Shown in pieces: positions 26,601 through 37,930 of a DNA stretch of 64,000 nt (position 1 is its first letter; the number at the start of each line of letters is the position of its first letter). Source of the DNA: Monocercomonoides exilis PA203 (taxonomy: Eukaryota; Protista; Preaxostyla); the NCBI GenBank assembly GCA_001643675.2, contig LSRY02000020.1, positions 434,001-498,000 on the forward strand, written 5' to 3'. The notes beneath the pieces are model-generated. The model made no database searches. It had not been told where the DNA came from and worked only from the letters and a program-made list of their open reading frames with translations. The position numbers and the translations under genes were made by a program.

Positions 26601-29600
26601 CTTTCTCTTCAAAATCCTTCAGAAGAATTGACATTTCTGTTCTTGTCTGTTGAATCGGGAACGTTGGCGATTGAATCGTTTTTGGCTTCATCAATCACTT
26701 TGAGTGGAAATCCATTTATCTCTTTGTCTGAAAGTGGTTCAAAGGCCGAGTTAATGAATACAAAATGGTTGAACATGACGAACTGCAATTTCACGGAAAT
26801 CGAAAGGGCAACTGGAAGTGGAGGGTGTGTGAGCATTGACAACAGTAATGATGAAAATACGAACACACAAATAAATATTGAAGAATGTGTTTTTGATGGA
26901 TGCTCTGTGCAGAGTGATGAAAGCAGAGGAGGGGCTTTCAACGCCCAGTTGAAAGGGTACATTCAAATGGATATCACTTCATGCACATTCACAGGATGCA
27001 CTGCACCAACTGGAGAGGAGAAAACTGGCTTTGGAGGAGTAATGGCACTGAAACTGATTGATGATTATTCTTCGTTTGTGATTTCATCCCCCATTTTTGA
27101 TACAGGCAAACCAAATTCAGCGAAATATGGAAATTATCTTTTTGTTGATTCATCCAACTTAACGAGGAGCATCACAAACACTTCACTTCCATTTGTGTCT
27201 GAGCATCTGTCTGATATTTCATTGGATTCGATGAGGGGCTATGACGGAAGTGACACCACAAATGCCATCCCGCTGGTGTATTTCTGGAGACATTTTGACT
27301 CAGAGATATTTATTGGAGGGGAAGGAAAAGATGTGTGCATTTGTGGAATTTCTGATTATCCGTGCCTGTCAATCGATTATTCATTGAATCGATTGCCTGA
27401 TGGAAATGAGAGGAATGTCAGCATCATTGGAAAAGGAATTCTCCAAAAAAGCGTTGATCTTAGTGGAATTTTAGTGAAATCGGATAATAGCAGCATATGC
27501 TCTTTGGAATGTGTTTCATCGCTTGAAGAAGCTGAAGGATCAGCAATGAAAATTCAGGATATTACCAATTTCGAACTGATAAACTTTGTTGTTCCATCGT
27601 CATTTACAAGTGGAGTGAATGTTCTGATGCATGTTGGCTCAAGCGATGGATTGTTGACTGTGAAAGACTGCTCATTCACCAAAAATGAGGAAAGCAGAGA
27701 AGAAGAAATAATAAACTTTGGGTTGATAAAAGCAGATGGAGGTACAGTCAAATTGGAATTTGTTTCAATGCAATCACTTAGCTTTTCAAAAGATGTCATT
27801 TCTGTGTTGCCAACAACGATATTGAGCATCAAAAATCTGACAATGAAAAATATTGAGCTGGATGGGGCAAGTGGATTGAGCATATCAAAGAGCTCAGGTG
27901 GAGATAAAAAATCAAGCAATGAAATTGAACAGAATATTGTTATTGAGTGGAATATATTTGAAGATATTACCCAGAACACAACTGATGATATTCCCGTCAT
28001 TCGAAATGTGAATGATGAGCCATTAAAAATAGTGATTCGAAACGCAACGATGAAGAAGTGTGGTGGAACGAAGTGTGGAAAGGGAGGAGGGATGTTTTGC
28101 GTGTTGAATGAGGGAGGAAACTTTGACTGCTCATTTTGCACGATTTCTGAGTGTTTCTGCTCGAGCACAGGAAGAGGTGGGTGGCTGTTTCTGGAAGGAA
28201 CCTCAGCAGCTGAGCAGCTTCTGAATTTTGTTCTGTCGAATATCACATTTAGAGACAACTCTGCGTTCAGAGGGAGAGATGTGTATGTGAGATGCCACTC
28301 AATCGAAACACAAATTGTTGATGAGCAGTTCTTGCTGGACTTCAGAGCTCCGTTTGTGAAGGAACTAGCGATATGGGGCTCCACAACAGACTCGTTTATT
28401 GGCGAAGAGGATCTTCTGCTGAGAGTCGTGAAATATCAGAGCGAGACGATTTTTGTGTCTATGACTGCAGACAATCACGCAGATAGCAAGCAATGTGGAG
28501 GGTTTGAAGCGCCTTGTGAATCGTTGAATGAGGGAGTGCAACACATTATTCCATCATCTTATTCGCAGCTGTTAGTCTCAAAAGAGACAATTGTTATCGG
28601 AGAATGTGAAGCAAAGGATGTTATTATCCACTCATTACAACCTCAGTCAGCTGCTATTGTGAATCTGAACTCAACAATTGCTGGAAATGAGAGAAGTCTA
28701 ATCACAACTTCAGAGAATGTTAGAGTTGAACATGCAAGATTTTCCTTTGGACAGATATTTTCGTATTCAGGCAGTTCTGTCATCCATGAAGCAAGTGGCC
28801 TACTATCTTTATCATTTGTTGATTTTTCTTCTGTTGGAGAATCAAATAACAATCAACCTGTTGTTCTTAACTCGATTTTGCTGAAGATAGAAAATGGAAT
28901 TCTTCATGTTGACAACTGCTCGATAACAAAGCTTTCATTCAAGAAGTCTTCGTTTCTGTTAAATGGAAACGAGATAAATATTACAAATGTGAAACTGGAA
29001 CAGATTGAAGCAAAGACTGATATTTTTGAGATTGGAAATTGTGGAAGCGTTGCATTTAATTGGGTTGTGGCTGATGGAATGAATCTGTCTGAAGGCTGTA
29101 TCATTGCGATTCAAGATTCTGCTTCAGGAACAATTTCTATTGGAATCTCCTCGTTCAATAACTGTTCAAGGAACTCAGAAGGAGCTTCTGTTCTTTCTGT
29201 GTCTTCATCGTCTGCATATGTTGCTTTCACAAATTGTTCCTGCTCAAATTGCATTTCCTTATCTGATAAAGGGAGCATGATAAACGTGAACAATGCATCG
29301 AATTTTTCGATGGATTTGAGTCGATTTACAGGAGCGCTTGCGAAAGAAAGTGAAACTGAGATTGCAAATGCTTTTGAAGAAATATGTAAATGGAACGGAT
29401 CTCTCGTGCATTCTGAAGGCTCCAATCTACACGCAAAAGAGATCATGATTCAAAATTCATCGAAAGGTGGGATATCGATAAAAGGAGGAAATGCAATCAT
29501 TGAGATGGGAATGTTTGCAAATAACAATCCATTCATTGAAAAATATCCTTCTCTTCGTCGAAACATCATTTGTTCAGACTCTGCTTCACTAAACATTTCC

Positions 29601-31403
29601 AGTTTGAAAGGTGGAGATGGGCAAGAGAAGAATTCTTCTCTTTGGATCCTTAACGACGGATGCACCCTTGGAGGGATAGCAGGAGAAAGGTCTTCGCCTT
29701 TCTTCATTCCCAAACTGGAAGAGGTTTCTGTGAATGAGAATGGCAGCAAAGTTGTTGTGAAATTCAAGGGAGGGCTCTTTTTGCCATGTGACTTGTCATT
29801 CAGACTCGTGTATAAAACAGGTGATGTGGAATTGGTTGAGACATATCAGTTTGAAGAAGATGACTTTATATCAGAAAGAGAAGTGATTGGGATAATCCCA
29901 TCAGATAATATTTCAACTATTGCAGACGAAACGGAGGTGTCAGTGATGATTTTGTTTGGAAAGCAATTGGCTGCAACTTCTCCGCAGATTCTGAAGAACA
30001 AAAGTGAACGTCAGATAAATGGGGATGAAAGAATTGTCGAAGGTGGAAATAAAGAAAAATCTTATTGGTTGCTAATTGTAATTATAATGGCTGTTGTTCT
30101 TTTTATTGTTTTGATTGTATCTATTATCGTGACGATTCGATGGAGGAAGGCAAAGAACGAGAACAAAGATCTAAAAGAGATTGTAAATGATAACATCAGA
30201 AAAGATCCTAAATTAATTGAGATGGTGACGATGGAGATGTCGCCTGAGCAACAGTGGAGGAGAGCAGAGAGGGAGGCAGAGAAGAAGAATGAGGAGAGGA
30301 TTAAGAAGAGGGTATATGAGAAAAGCTTGGGACATTCGGAGTCATCAGAGCATTTGTTGAGTGAGAGTGGTTCCACTGAATACATTCTTGGAAAAGACTC
30401 AGACAAGATTCCAGAATGGATGCTGGAGAAGGTGGATGAGAAAGAAGTTGAGGAAGAGACCAGAAAGCGAACACCATCACCTTCAATTTCATCCACTTCA
30501 ACAACTGACTCAGATTCAACTTTTGTTCTAGGGGAGGATCTATGTCCAACCACTTCATCCATGTCGAACTTGGTGGATGCGATGTCATGCTCATCCCCTC
30601 ATGAGAAGTTGATTGTTGATCTGAGGGATTCGCTGTTCATGTTGCTGCATGGAAGGAATGAAAAGAAGGAGATGGCAATAGGAACTTTGGAGGAGAGGGA
30701 AATGTCAGCTGCTCAAATCTTGTTCTGGGTAGCTAATCTCGCTCTTCACTCCTTTGATGAAATGGAAAACAAGCTTCAGTCACTTGCCAATCTCAGCCCC
30801 CACGTTGTATTATTCTCCGAGCATATGGTGATTTGCATTGTGATGCATTCTGATTTCCTTTCATCTGATGATTCTGATTCCTCATCAATCTCTTCATCAA
30901 CTATTGTCACATCAGCAAGTGATGATGATGACTCCCTTCCCTCATCAGCCTTTGAGGACGAAGATGCCTTCAAAAAAGAGTGTTTGAGATGGAAGGCACC
31001 TGAGCTGCTGATGAACAAGAACATGGGTGCAACGAAGGAGTCGGTGGCGTTCTCGATTGGGATGATGCTGTGGGAGTGTCTCACGTTGCAGATCCCATTT
31101 GGTGAATACGAGGCAGAGGTGGCTGGAGATAAGATATCGAAAGGAGAGAGGCCAAGCACGGATGCTCTTCAAAACTGCTCTTTGAGAAGAATATTGAAGA
31201 GTTGTTTCTCTGAAACTTCAATCGATCGACCATCGCTCAATGACATGAAGCGAGAGTTTATCCAGCGCTTTCCCCAAGGAGCGGTAATTCTGACAATGTC
31301 CGACGCAATTGACCAGGAGCAAGAAACAGAACATGTCGAGCTAAGCACATCTGCGAATTCTTTAGATATCGCAGCAAGTTTAATGGCTGGAAAAAATGAA
31401 TAA
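23625..31403 (+). CDS. Beta-helix ectodomain receptor-like protein with degenerate TKL-type kinase tail (2592 aa)
   Basis: Signal peptide; many GG[AG][ILV] and FxxC repeats; CG....PC motifs; TM at ~30062-30140; C-terminal RWKAPELL..VAFSIGMMLWECLT..IPF..ERP (kinase subdomains VIII-XI) with no GxGxxG, HRD or DFG. Confidence 0.85.
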   Translation: MRMLLFLFACLVFWKTFESQDVSGTATLKNKSIILKNIFFINSLYLGLGYSNDAQFQLKDDCNYLFEQNTLLGVKILHSSISTVKNTFLGFHNSTVGLKNVAIEYLSSPLMLITYKSTIMIDSCISYQKSESPFLLQSGSICLTNLSLIPQKNLNPSSLIFSFDDLNFAILKNSIITDLDISSSFNFLLSGKSQSEQINNCAFRNMSVKSNINGDFQMEHSCLLSSMENCLIYSCVNAFEGGITGGSYSSETFVCKNTTISYGKREINALNKTQRIDTTESQTFLSCEWVDCTSPQGGALYVHNNENAILSVENSSFTRCNASSTKGGAIYALKIAECIVLHSFFTQSTCASINVDGGGGGIMAENVHVQSMVDDCSFSNCSSGNDGGAINLRPTKTERQKYCIINSCFECCKASNSTTSTGGAIEHWESTDKVVITNCLFCRCHSICGGAVSQQINANNNGILFYYCFFHNNTCTNAGHDIYFDDSSENNIDSSCFSTRKTGNRVSTKYDSIVDRSEWLRNDFGTARFVSSTETKASAKDTFACGINETYPCNTISRCLTQLIPDLVPNVEVSSGTIIETNSFDCRTDSFTVYGQSDLNTMIQIESEESGLSLFSVSAGTLTVRDFAVIHDSAYANNRGSRLFEIKGTGEIHICRLNISFGSGQSTETAFSTELINVQNGVFQMEHVNWAKTISTDSLFSLSSTNEISLILSECTFSGIERTSSGAAVMSFSNDKANIELNSCTFEGCGSRTSADGGSMMLCVGNENEVKVKGGSFDGCFCSATDGLGGGILLQSLTEDPDFIISSTFGTNTAKWGNDIFVISPNLEAIANPQKISCVTNSLDSFDKVRGYENGNTSVAIPLCIYLLPTPEEIYLSNIESHDHSHCGIVQFPCLTMKHSLTRQTGTKKIIVNGMILMSDELDFAGQKHEIRGNDDQSGWTVSDSSSTSISAIITINAETILSKLIFSIPPSLSSHSTFVLSSSSITLSQCSLSLQNPSEELTFLFLSVESGTLAIESFLASSITLSGNPFISLSESGSKAELMNTKWLNMTNCNFTEIERATGSGGCVSIDNSNDENTNTQINIEECVFDGCSVQSDESRGGAFNAQLKGYIQMDITSCTFTGCTAPTGEEKTGFGGVMALKLIDDYSSFVISSPIFDTGKPNSAKYGNYLFVDSSNLTRSITNTSLPFVSEHLSDISLDSMRGYDGSDTTNAIPLVYFWRHFDSEIFIGGEGKDVCICGISDYPCLSIDYSLNRLPDGNERNVSIIGKGILQKSVDLSGILVKSDNSSICSLECVSSLEEAEGSAMKIQDITNFELINFVVPSSFTSGVNVLMHVGSSDGLLTVKDCSFTKNEESREEEIINFGLIKADGGTVKLEFVSMQSLSFSKDVISVLPTTILSIKNLTMKNIELDGASGLSISKSSGGDKKSSNEIEQNIVIEWNIFEDITQNTTDDIPVIRNVNDEPLKIVIRNATMKKCGGTKCGKGGGMFCVLNEGGNFDCSFCTISECFCSSTGRGGWLFLEGTSAAEQLLNFVLSNITFRDNSAFRGRDVYVRCHSIETQIVDEQFLLDFRAPFVKELAIWGSTTDSFIGEEDLLLRVVKYQSETIFVSMTADNHADSKQCGGFEAPCESLNEGVQHIIPSSYSQLLVSKETIVIGECEAKDVIIHSLQPQSAAIVNLNSTIAGNERSLITTSENVRVEHARFSFGQIFSYSGSSVIHEASGLLSLSFVDFSSVGESNNNQPVVLNSILLKIENGILHVDNCSITKLSFKKSSFLLNGNEINITNVKLEQIEAKTDIFEIGNCGSVAFNWVVADGMNLSEGCIIAIQDSASGTISIGISSFNNCSRNSEGASVLSVSSSSAYVAFTNCSCSNCISLSDKGSMINVNNASNFSMDLSRFTGALAKESETEIANAFEEICKWNGSLVHSEGSNLHAKEIMIQNSSKGGISIKGGNAIIEMGMFANNNPFIEKYPSLRRNIICSDSASLNISSLKGGDGQEKNSSLWILNDGCTLGGIAGERSSPFFIPKLEEVSVNENGSKVVVKFKGGLFLPCDLSFRLVYKTGDVELVETYQFEEDDFISEREVIGIIPSDNISTIADETEVSVMILFGKQLAATSPQILKNKSERQINGDERIVEGGNKEKSYWLLIVIIMAVVLFIVLIVSIIVTIRWRKAKNENKDLKEIVNDNIRKDPKLIEMVTMEMSPEQQWRRAEREAEKKNEERIKKRVYEKSLGHSESSEHLLSESGSTEYILGKDSDKIPEWMLEKVDEKEVEEETRKRTPSPSISSTSTTDSDSTFVLGEDLCPTTSSMSNLVDAMSCSSPHEKLIVDLRDSLFMLLHGRNEKKEMAIGTLEEREMSAAQILFWVANLALHSFDEMENKLQSLANLSPHVVLFSEHMVICIVMHSDFLSSDDSDSSSISSSTIVTSASDDDDSLPSSAFEDEDAFKKECLRWKAPELLMNKNMGATKESVAFSIGMMLWECLTLQIPFGEYEAEVAGDKISKGERPSTDALQNCSLRRILKSCFSETSIDRPSLNDMKREFIQRFPQGAVILTMSDAIDQEQETEHVELSTSANSLDIAASLMAGKNE

Positions 31404-32098
31404 AAAAGGTGTTGGCAATCATATTTTGCAAAACCCCCCCTTTTTTTTAGGAGCAATTTCAATCTTTTCTTCTTTTTATTACCAATGTTGCTCCGTTCTC
31501 TGTTTGTTTTTTGTACATCACATTTCTTCTTATTTTACCAAATCTGCCGTTTTCGTTTCCACTATTTGTGATTTGTTCGTTTCCTTTTTCTGTCTGTTCA
31601 GAATTCAGAATTTCGTTGAGTAGCGTTGCCTGTATTTGCGTGTTCATGTTTAATTCTCACTTATCCTCGCCTTTCAATGATTTTGTGTGTATTTTGTATG
31701 TCTATTTGTTCTTCAATTTCCAATTCTGCTTTCTAGTTGCTTTTTTCCATCCTCCTTCCTTTTTTTGATATGTATATAAGCAGTTATCAATGCATTACTC
31801 ATTTTGTTTGACTCCAGTTTTGGTATCAATTCCATTTGTTAATATTCCTCTTCGTTTTTTTGTTCATTTCAAAAGGATTCTGCTTTTTTTTTCATTTTTG
31901 GTCATAACAACAGCATTCTCACAAGCAAGAGATACTCTTTTCTTTGAGGCAGAAAACACTTTTATTGTTGTCTACGCTTCGAACACACTTGTATAAGCAG
32001 AGCCATTGCGTTCATGTTGTGCTTGCTGAATAAAAATTGAAATTTCTCCTTGAACTCCTCCTTTAATATTTCCTTCAAATATCACTTCTTCTTCCAAT

Positions 32099-34010
32099 CT
32101 ATGGTAAACTTTCAATGCTTAAAGACTTTTCTCTCAGATTTTGAGAAGAAGAACGAGAAGAAGAATTTGAATAATATGATTGTAGGCATGAAGAAATAGG
32201 AGGAGAATACGAAGGAAATACAAAGCAGTAGTAGTGGAAGAAGAGGAGGCAGCGGAAAGTTGGTATGATGGATACAAGGTACAAAATTATTTTTTTATGT
32301 TTCTCTTCTTCTTGATTTGCATCCACGTTCCCACTCATTGTGCAAACAGGGCATATCTTTAAATCACACTTTGCCTTCATTCTTTCTTTCATAAGTTCTT
32401 TCTTTTCAAGTTCTGTGATATCTTTGTGTATATTTGGGGCTATGCACCACCACGAAACATTAATGACGCTTTCTTCCTCGAAGACTTCTGATAACAACTT
32501 CGTTAAACTTCCGCACAGCTGTTGCGGAGGCAAACATATCTCTTGAGGTAATATTTGTAAATCCTTTTCAGATGCGAAACAATAAGGGCATTCGAAGACA
32601 ATATTGCCCATGCATTTAAAAGTGCCTTTGCTGACTCGTCTCTCAGCGCATCGCTTGCTGCATCGAACAGCAGCACAGTCATTCTGCTCAGCAAATCCCT
32701 TTCGATGAATTTTTGAATCCCCTGCGAAATAGGAACAGACATCCACCTTCCAAAACACTTCACAGCTGTCTCACGAAAGCTCAATATCATTTCTTGCATG
32801 CTCTTCTCTTCGCAAAACAACCCATCGACCATCAATGGAAATTAGAACCGACAGTTGAGTACATATTTGCTCCTTCATTTTCATCACATCCATCGTTAAA
32901 TTTGATCCTAGGAAAAAGAGCCTTCCAACTTTCTTCTGTCCAACTGCCAAACAAAAAACTCTTCGCTTTTTCCACAAGTCTTTCTTCGCTAGTCAGAAAT
33001 TGCACAAAGTGGCTATGTTCTTAGCTTGTAATGCAATCCAAAAATCATATTGCCCTGAGGGCAAGAGAGCAGATTGGCCCCTTCGCACAAACAAGCTGCG
33101 CCCAGTTAGAAGAATGGCTATTATGAGGCATCCGAGATTGTAGCAGAACTTCAGGCAGATTTGGTGCAGGGACAAACGAATCAACCGCAAGAAGACCATT
33201 CGCATTCTCATTCTCTCCATGGTCTAGAATAACAAAGGAAGATATAACGCTCACCAAACGTCCTCCAAGCACAAAAAACAGTTGAAAGGATGCTGTCTAA
33301 TAGCGAGTCAAGAAGTCTTTTTCAAACACACCAAGAACTGTCTGAAAAAAAAAGTGTCGTTTCAAAGAAAGTTTTAACATTCACTTAGAAATTATTCAAA
33401 AAAGAATAAAGATACCGCAATTCATTATGAAGATTCGAAAATTTGCTGTTGTGCATTTGCATGTGTCTACATATCCCATTCATTCGAATAGGCCAATTCA
33501 ACTTCGATAATGCACTTTCTGTTGTCCATGAAAAAACGCGGAGTAGATATCACAAGACTCATGATGACTTCTGTAAAATTTTCAGCATTCACAGACAATT
33601 CTTCCAACGAGGAACAAGTATCAAAACATGCAATTCGGCTCAAGTGCCCAAGAGCACGAGCAGCCAAGAGCTCAAAGGGCTTTGGAATTTTCCACAAATG
33701 ATCTTAATTCTTTTTCATAATGTTTGTATCATTGCAAAAGAGTTGTATATCCTCGTCTTTCGCACCAACAACTTTTAGAAGATGATAAAGCTTTCAAAGA
33801 GGATTCTCCAGCATTTCCCCTTCTTTTAACAATAATTCTTGTGCATTGAGAAATATTATTAGAAATTCAACTTGAATTATCTTTGAAATTGAAAAACAAT
33901 CAAAACCACTTTTTTAAAAACCTCAATTCTTCCAACGCATCCAGCTTGCTGAAATCTGCACAATCATTTTTATCAATTTTGATTTTGTTTGTAGTGCCTG
34001 ACTTCAGCAT
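32099..34010 (-). pseudogene. Disrupted gene for a helical (HEAT/ARM-like) protein
   Basis: ATG at 34010 (MLKSGTTNK..). A continuous-looking frame has in-frame TGA and TAA (ENPL*KLYH, MKKN*DHLWKIP) and then several frameshifted ORFs (33697, 33272, 32835, 32758). No secure family call. Confidence 0.5.
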
Positions 34011-34533
34011 CGAATTATTCTAATTAACATTTTCAAAAAATAAAAAAGCATTTTTGATGTTGTTAAATTTTTTATTGGGTATTTCAAAGAAATAGTTAGA
34101 AAATTTTTTTTCTCTATGAATTTTGTTCCACTTAATTATTTTTTATGTTTTTTCTCAATTTCTTAATTTTCCTTTTTTTTTTTTTTTTAAATGAAATGGA
34201 AAATTGGTGACGGATGTGACAATCTCTTTTATTCTCATCATTTGGGGTTAATCAGTTATTTTATTCATGAATAAGTTTTTGCTGAAAAAAAGAACGTCCT
34301 CTATCTATTTTTGATTTATTCTTGACGTCTGTTCCTTAATAATTCTAAAAATCTCACACAACCGCATTATCACTTTGTGCCCAAAATCTTCATTCCATCA
34401 TGCAGGTTTTATTTCTATTTTGGATTTGTCATTTTTTCCGACATAATTCAAAGTTATGGAAAGTTATCAATTTTTCAATTCATCTTATTTTTTTTATGTT
34501 GGGATGAATTGCTTCTTTGAATCGAAAGGAAAA

Positions 34534-37110
34534 ATGATTATTCCTTCGCAACGCCAAAATGATCAAAGCCAAAAACATAACGGATTATCCTCAATAAATA
34601 AATATTTGGGAATTTTAATTGAATTTAACGCAAAATTCGAAGAATGCTCACCAAATGAACGATTGGTAATTGTTGTTGGAAAGAGCTGCACCGGGAAAAG
34701 CACATTGATAAATGCACTTTTAGGAGTGAAAATGAAAGAAATTTTAAGCGGAAAAATGGTGAAAATTAACGAATTAGTCAAAGGGCCAAAAATAGGAAAT
34801 GGAATTCGTTCAGAAACACAGTTTGCGGAATGCTTCCAATTGAATGGCTCAACTTTATTGGATACAAGAGGGTTTGTTGGGTCAAATATCGATATAGAGG
34901 GAGACATCCTGGGTACGCTCATCTTGGAAGCAAACAAGAGAAAAGCCAAAAAGGTGATGGTCATGTATATTTCCGAAATTGATAATTACTGTAACTTATC
35001 AAAAATGACTCAAGATACAGAATTCATCAACAAAATATGTGTGGACATAGATTTGCCTATTATATTTATAGCCAATAAGTGCACTTTAAGATGGGCAGTC
35101 AGAAAAGACGAAAGCGGACAATTGGGAGATAAGATGATAGAAAAAATACAAGAGCACCTTCGCCAAGATTTTAAAAAGTTATATGAAGATCAACTGAAAG
35201 ACATCAGGCAGAAGATTTTCAAGAATTCAGACATATTAACCGAAATGGAGATGATTGAAGCTCTTGAGAAAAATGTGATCGATGTAGAAGAATTGGAGAA
35301 AGAAAACATGGAAAATAGTTTGATTCAGCTCAAGGCACTGCATGTGCTGAAAAAAGCACTCGAAAACCAGAGGCTGCTGTATTATGATCCTTTAGATTTT
35401 TACTCAGTGGAAAGGATAAAATCAATGGTGAATGATGAGAATTATTATATCCAGCCAAATCGAGTTCCTTTGGGAGGAAGCACTTCCGAATCAAAGGACT
35501 TTCTGAGTACAATCTCCGAAATGGCACTGATTCTGATGCTGCTTGTGAATGCAATGACTGCCCGGCGACGAGTTCCTGCTGTTTTGCAAGAGGTGTCAAA
35601 TTCATGCGGAGATTTTGCCTTTGCACTAAATAAAGCATATTCAATCATAAATGAAAAAATGAAGAAACTCGAGAACACGCTGAGCAAAATAACTATTGAC
35701 ACCGAACTCGGCGACAACGAGAATAGAAAAGGCAAGGAAGAAAATATTGATCCATACGAACAATTGAAAGAGGAGTATAAATCAGAGATTGCAAAACTTG
35801 ACTCAAAAGAGCTTGTGAAATACGAGTCGATCAATTTCCATGAGCATGAAAACTATTTTTCGAACGAAGCAAGAATTGAGAAGAAGATTGAAGTGCCAGG
35901 CACAGAATTCAAATTTATTCCTGGGAACAAATTCACTTTTTCGGATGAAAAAACCCAGAAATCAGGCATTGAGGACGGGGTTTTTCGGGCTGTGTACAAA
36001 GCACCATCCTCTGGAATGGTTGCAGGGCAGGTGATTTCTGCCATCGCTTCACTGTAAATTCGCCGCGCCTTCGATAACAACACAAGCGAGTGTGCGGGAG
36101 AAGTTGAGCTGTATGCTCCAAGTCGCAACATTCCAGAAAATCAGGAGCAGATCCGGAAGCTGAAGGCAAAAGTGAAGAAACTGGAGGATCAAAAGGGGAA
36201 TTCTCAACTTAATGCTGAGCTCATCAAAGAGTTGATGGAAGAATTCGTGGAATCCATGGAAATTATAGAGAAGAAAAAAAAAGAGGAGGAAAGGTGGAGC
36301 AACGATCAGCTTGTTCTGGTTGGATGTTTGGAGTTCTGTGAAGAGTGCGACAAGCAGTGGCAATACTACCAGGACGTTCTATTGCAGATGCATCTGTTTG
36401 TCAAGAATTATGTTCCTGAGGAGTTTATCATCAAGGCCAAAGAAGAAAAAAATGCTGAATTTGATTATTTTCAACCTTCGTCTTCTTCTACTCCTTCATC
36501 GTCATCTTCGACATCTCCTTCTGCTTCTGCTTCTGCTTCTTCAACATCACCTTCATCATCATCTTCTTCTCCTTCCGTTCTTGATCGTGATTCTTCATCT
36601 GACTGTGCTTTTGAAGCTGCTTATAAAATCTTTGAGCGATTTAGGCTCAAAGACATCAAAAAAAGAGAAAAGAGAAAAACAGAAAAAGCAGAAGAAGCTG
36701 AAGAAGAAGATGATGATGATGAAGAGTTCGAAAAAAACGAAAAAGACGAAGATGAATCGCAAGAAGAAGAAGATGGAAATTGTGAAGAAAAAACAGGAAA
36801 ACGAAAACGAAAAGATGTTGAAAAAGAAAAAGGAACAGAAAAAGGAACAGAAAAAGGAAAAGATAAGGAAGAATCGTCGCATTCCTCTCCTTCATTGCAA
36901 GCAGATGAGACTCTGATGAATTTAGCGAGATTTTTTGTGGCGATGGAGGAAATGGAGGAGACAACCAGGCAGCAAAAGGACATTGTCCTGAAGACTGACG
37001 GGAAATATGATCCAAAACTTGTTGGGGCGGCTGTGAAGACAATTAAATACATTTGGAAACGAATGGGAAAGTTCAAAGCGAATTTGGATGAATTCAAAAA
37101 GTTCAAATAA
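34534..37110 (+). CDS. P-loop GTPase with helical/coiled-coil C-terminus; frame interrupted by one TAA at 36055-36057
   Basis: G1 GKSCTGKST, G3 LLDTRG, G4-like ANKC. ORFs 34456-36057 and 36172-37110 are in the same frame, with open codons between them. Confidence 0.65.
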
Positions 37111-37930
37111 TAAAAACAGAAGAAAGAAAGAAAAACAGATTTCAAAATATTTGAACATTAACATTCAATTTTTTTTTTTTTTACAATGAAAAAGTGACCT
37201 TCTTTTTTGTGAGACTTTTTTTCTTTGATATATTTGTTCTGGTGAAAGCTGCCTTTCCTCTATTCATTTTTCCTTTAATATTGACTTGCTTCCAATTGGT
37301 AGTTGTGTCATATTGCTATTGTGTTTGTATTTTTATTTCACTTTTATCATGCAATTTCCATTTCTAACAAGAAAGGATTATTCCATGAAGTCTTGAAACA
37401 TGTTTGAGAACATATGAAAAAACAGTAACCTCATTCTATTTGGGATATAATTGATTGTGCATATCTTCTTGTTCTCTTTTCATCAGAAGAGAGTTAGATT
37501 TTAGACAAATGAATCATAAAGGTGAACGCTTCTTTTCTTCTTTTTCACTTTATGTGAACAACAAAATTGTTTTAAAGACCATTGCAATTGTTAAAGAATG
37601 AAACAACTTCAAAAAATTAATTCATAAAATAAAAATAAAAAACAAAAATTCTTGAAAAAAAAACTCAAAATTGCAATTCACAAAATGATAAAACAATCAT
37701 TTACAATAATAATCAAAAACTATTGGTTGAAGCACTTTGTTGTTTGTTTTTGAAAAGAACCTTCTTCACAAAAGCGGTCTTTCGACCAACACGTATCACC
37801 ACAACTTTCCTTGTCGCAAAGTCCTTATTATAATGTCAATTATATGTGTGTTGTGCATTTTTTTAATGAAAAAATGGATAATTATACCCTTTATAAGTGT
37901 TATATTTTTTCTTTTTTATTTTTTTTGTCG

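Noticed and set aside
32099-34010. Resemblance to the RIF1 N-terminal HEAT domain (AARALG, NWAQLV, NAWAIL)
   Set aside because: Only scattered short motifs in frameshifted pieces; not assignable without a profile search.
33690-36057. Stop-codon reassignment (TAA/TAG = Gln, as in some oxymonads) to explain in-frame stops
   Set aside because: ORFs of 1600-2600 codons contain no internal TAA/TAG and terminate at TAA right after sensible C-termini; the disrupted genes also have TGA stops and frameshifts.
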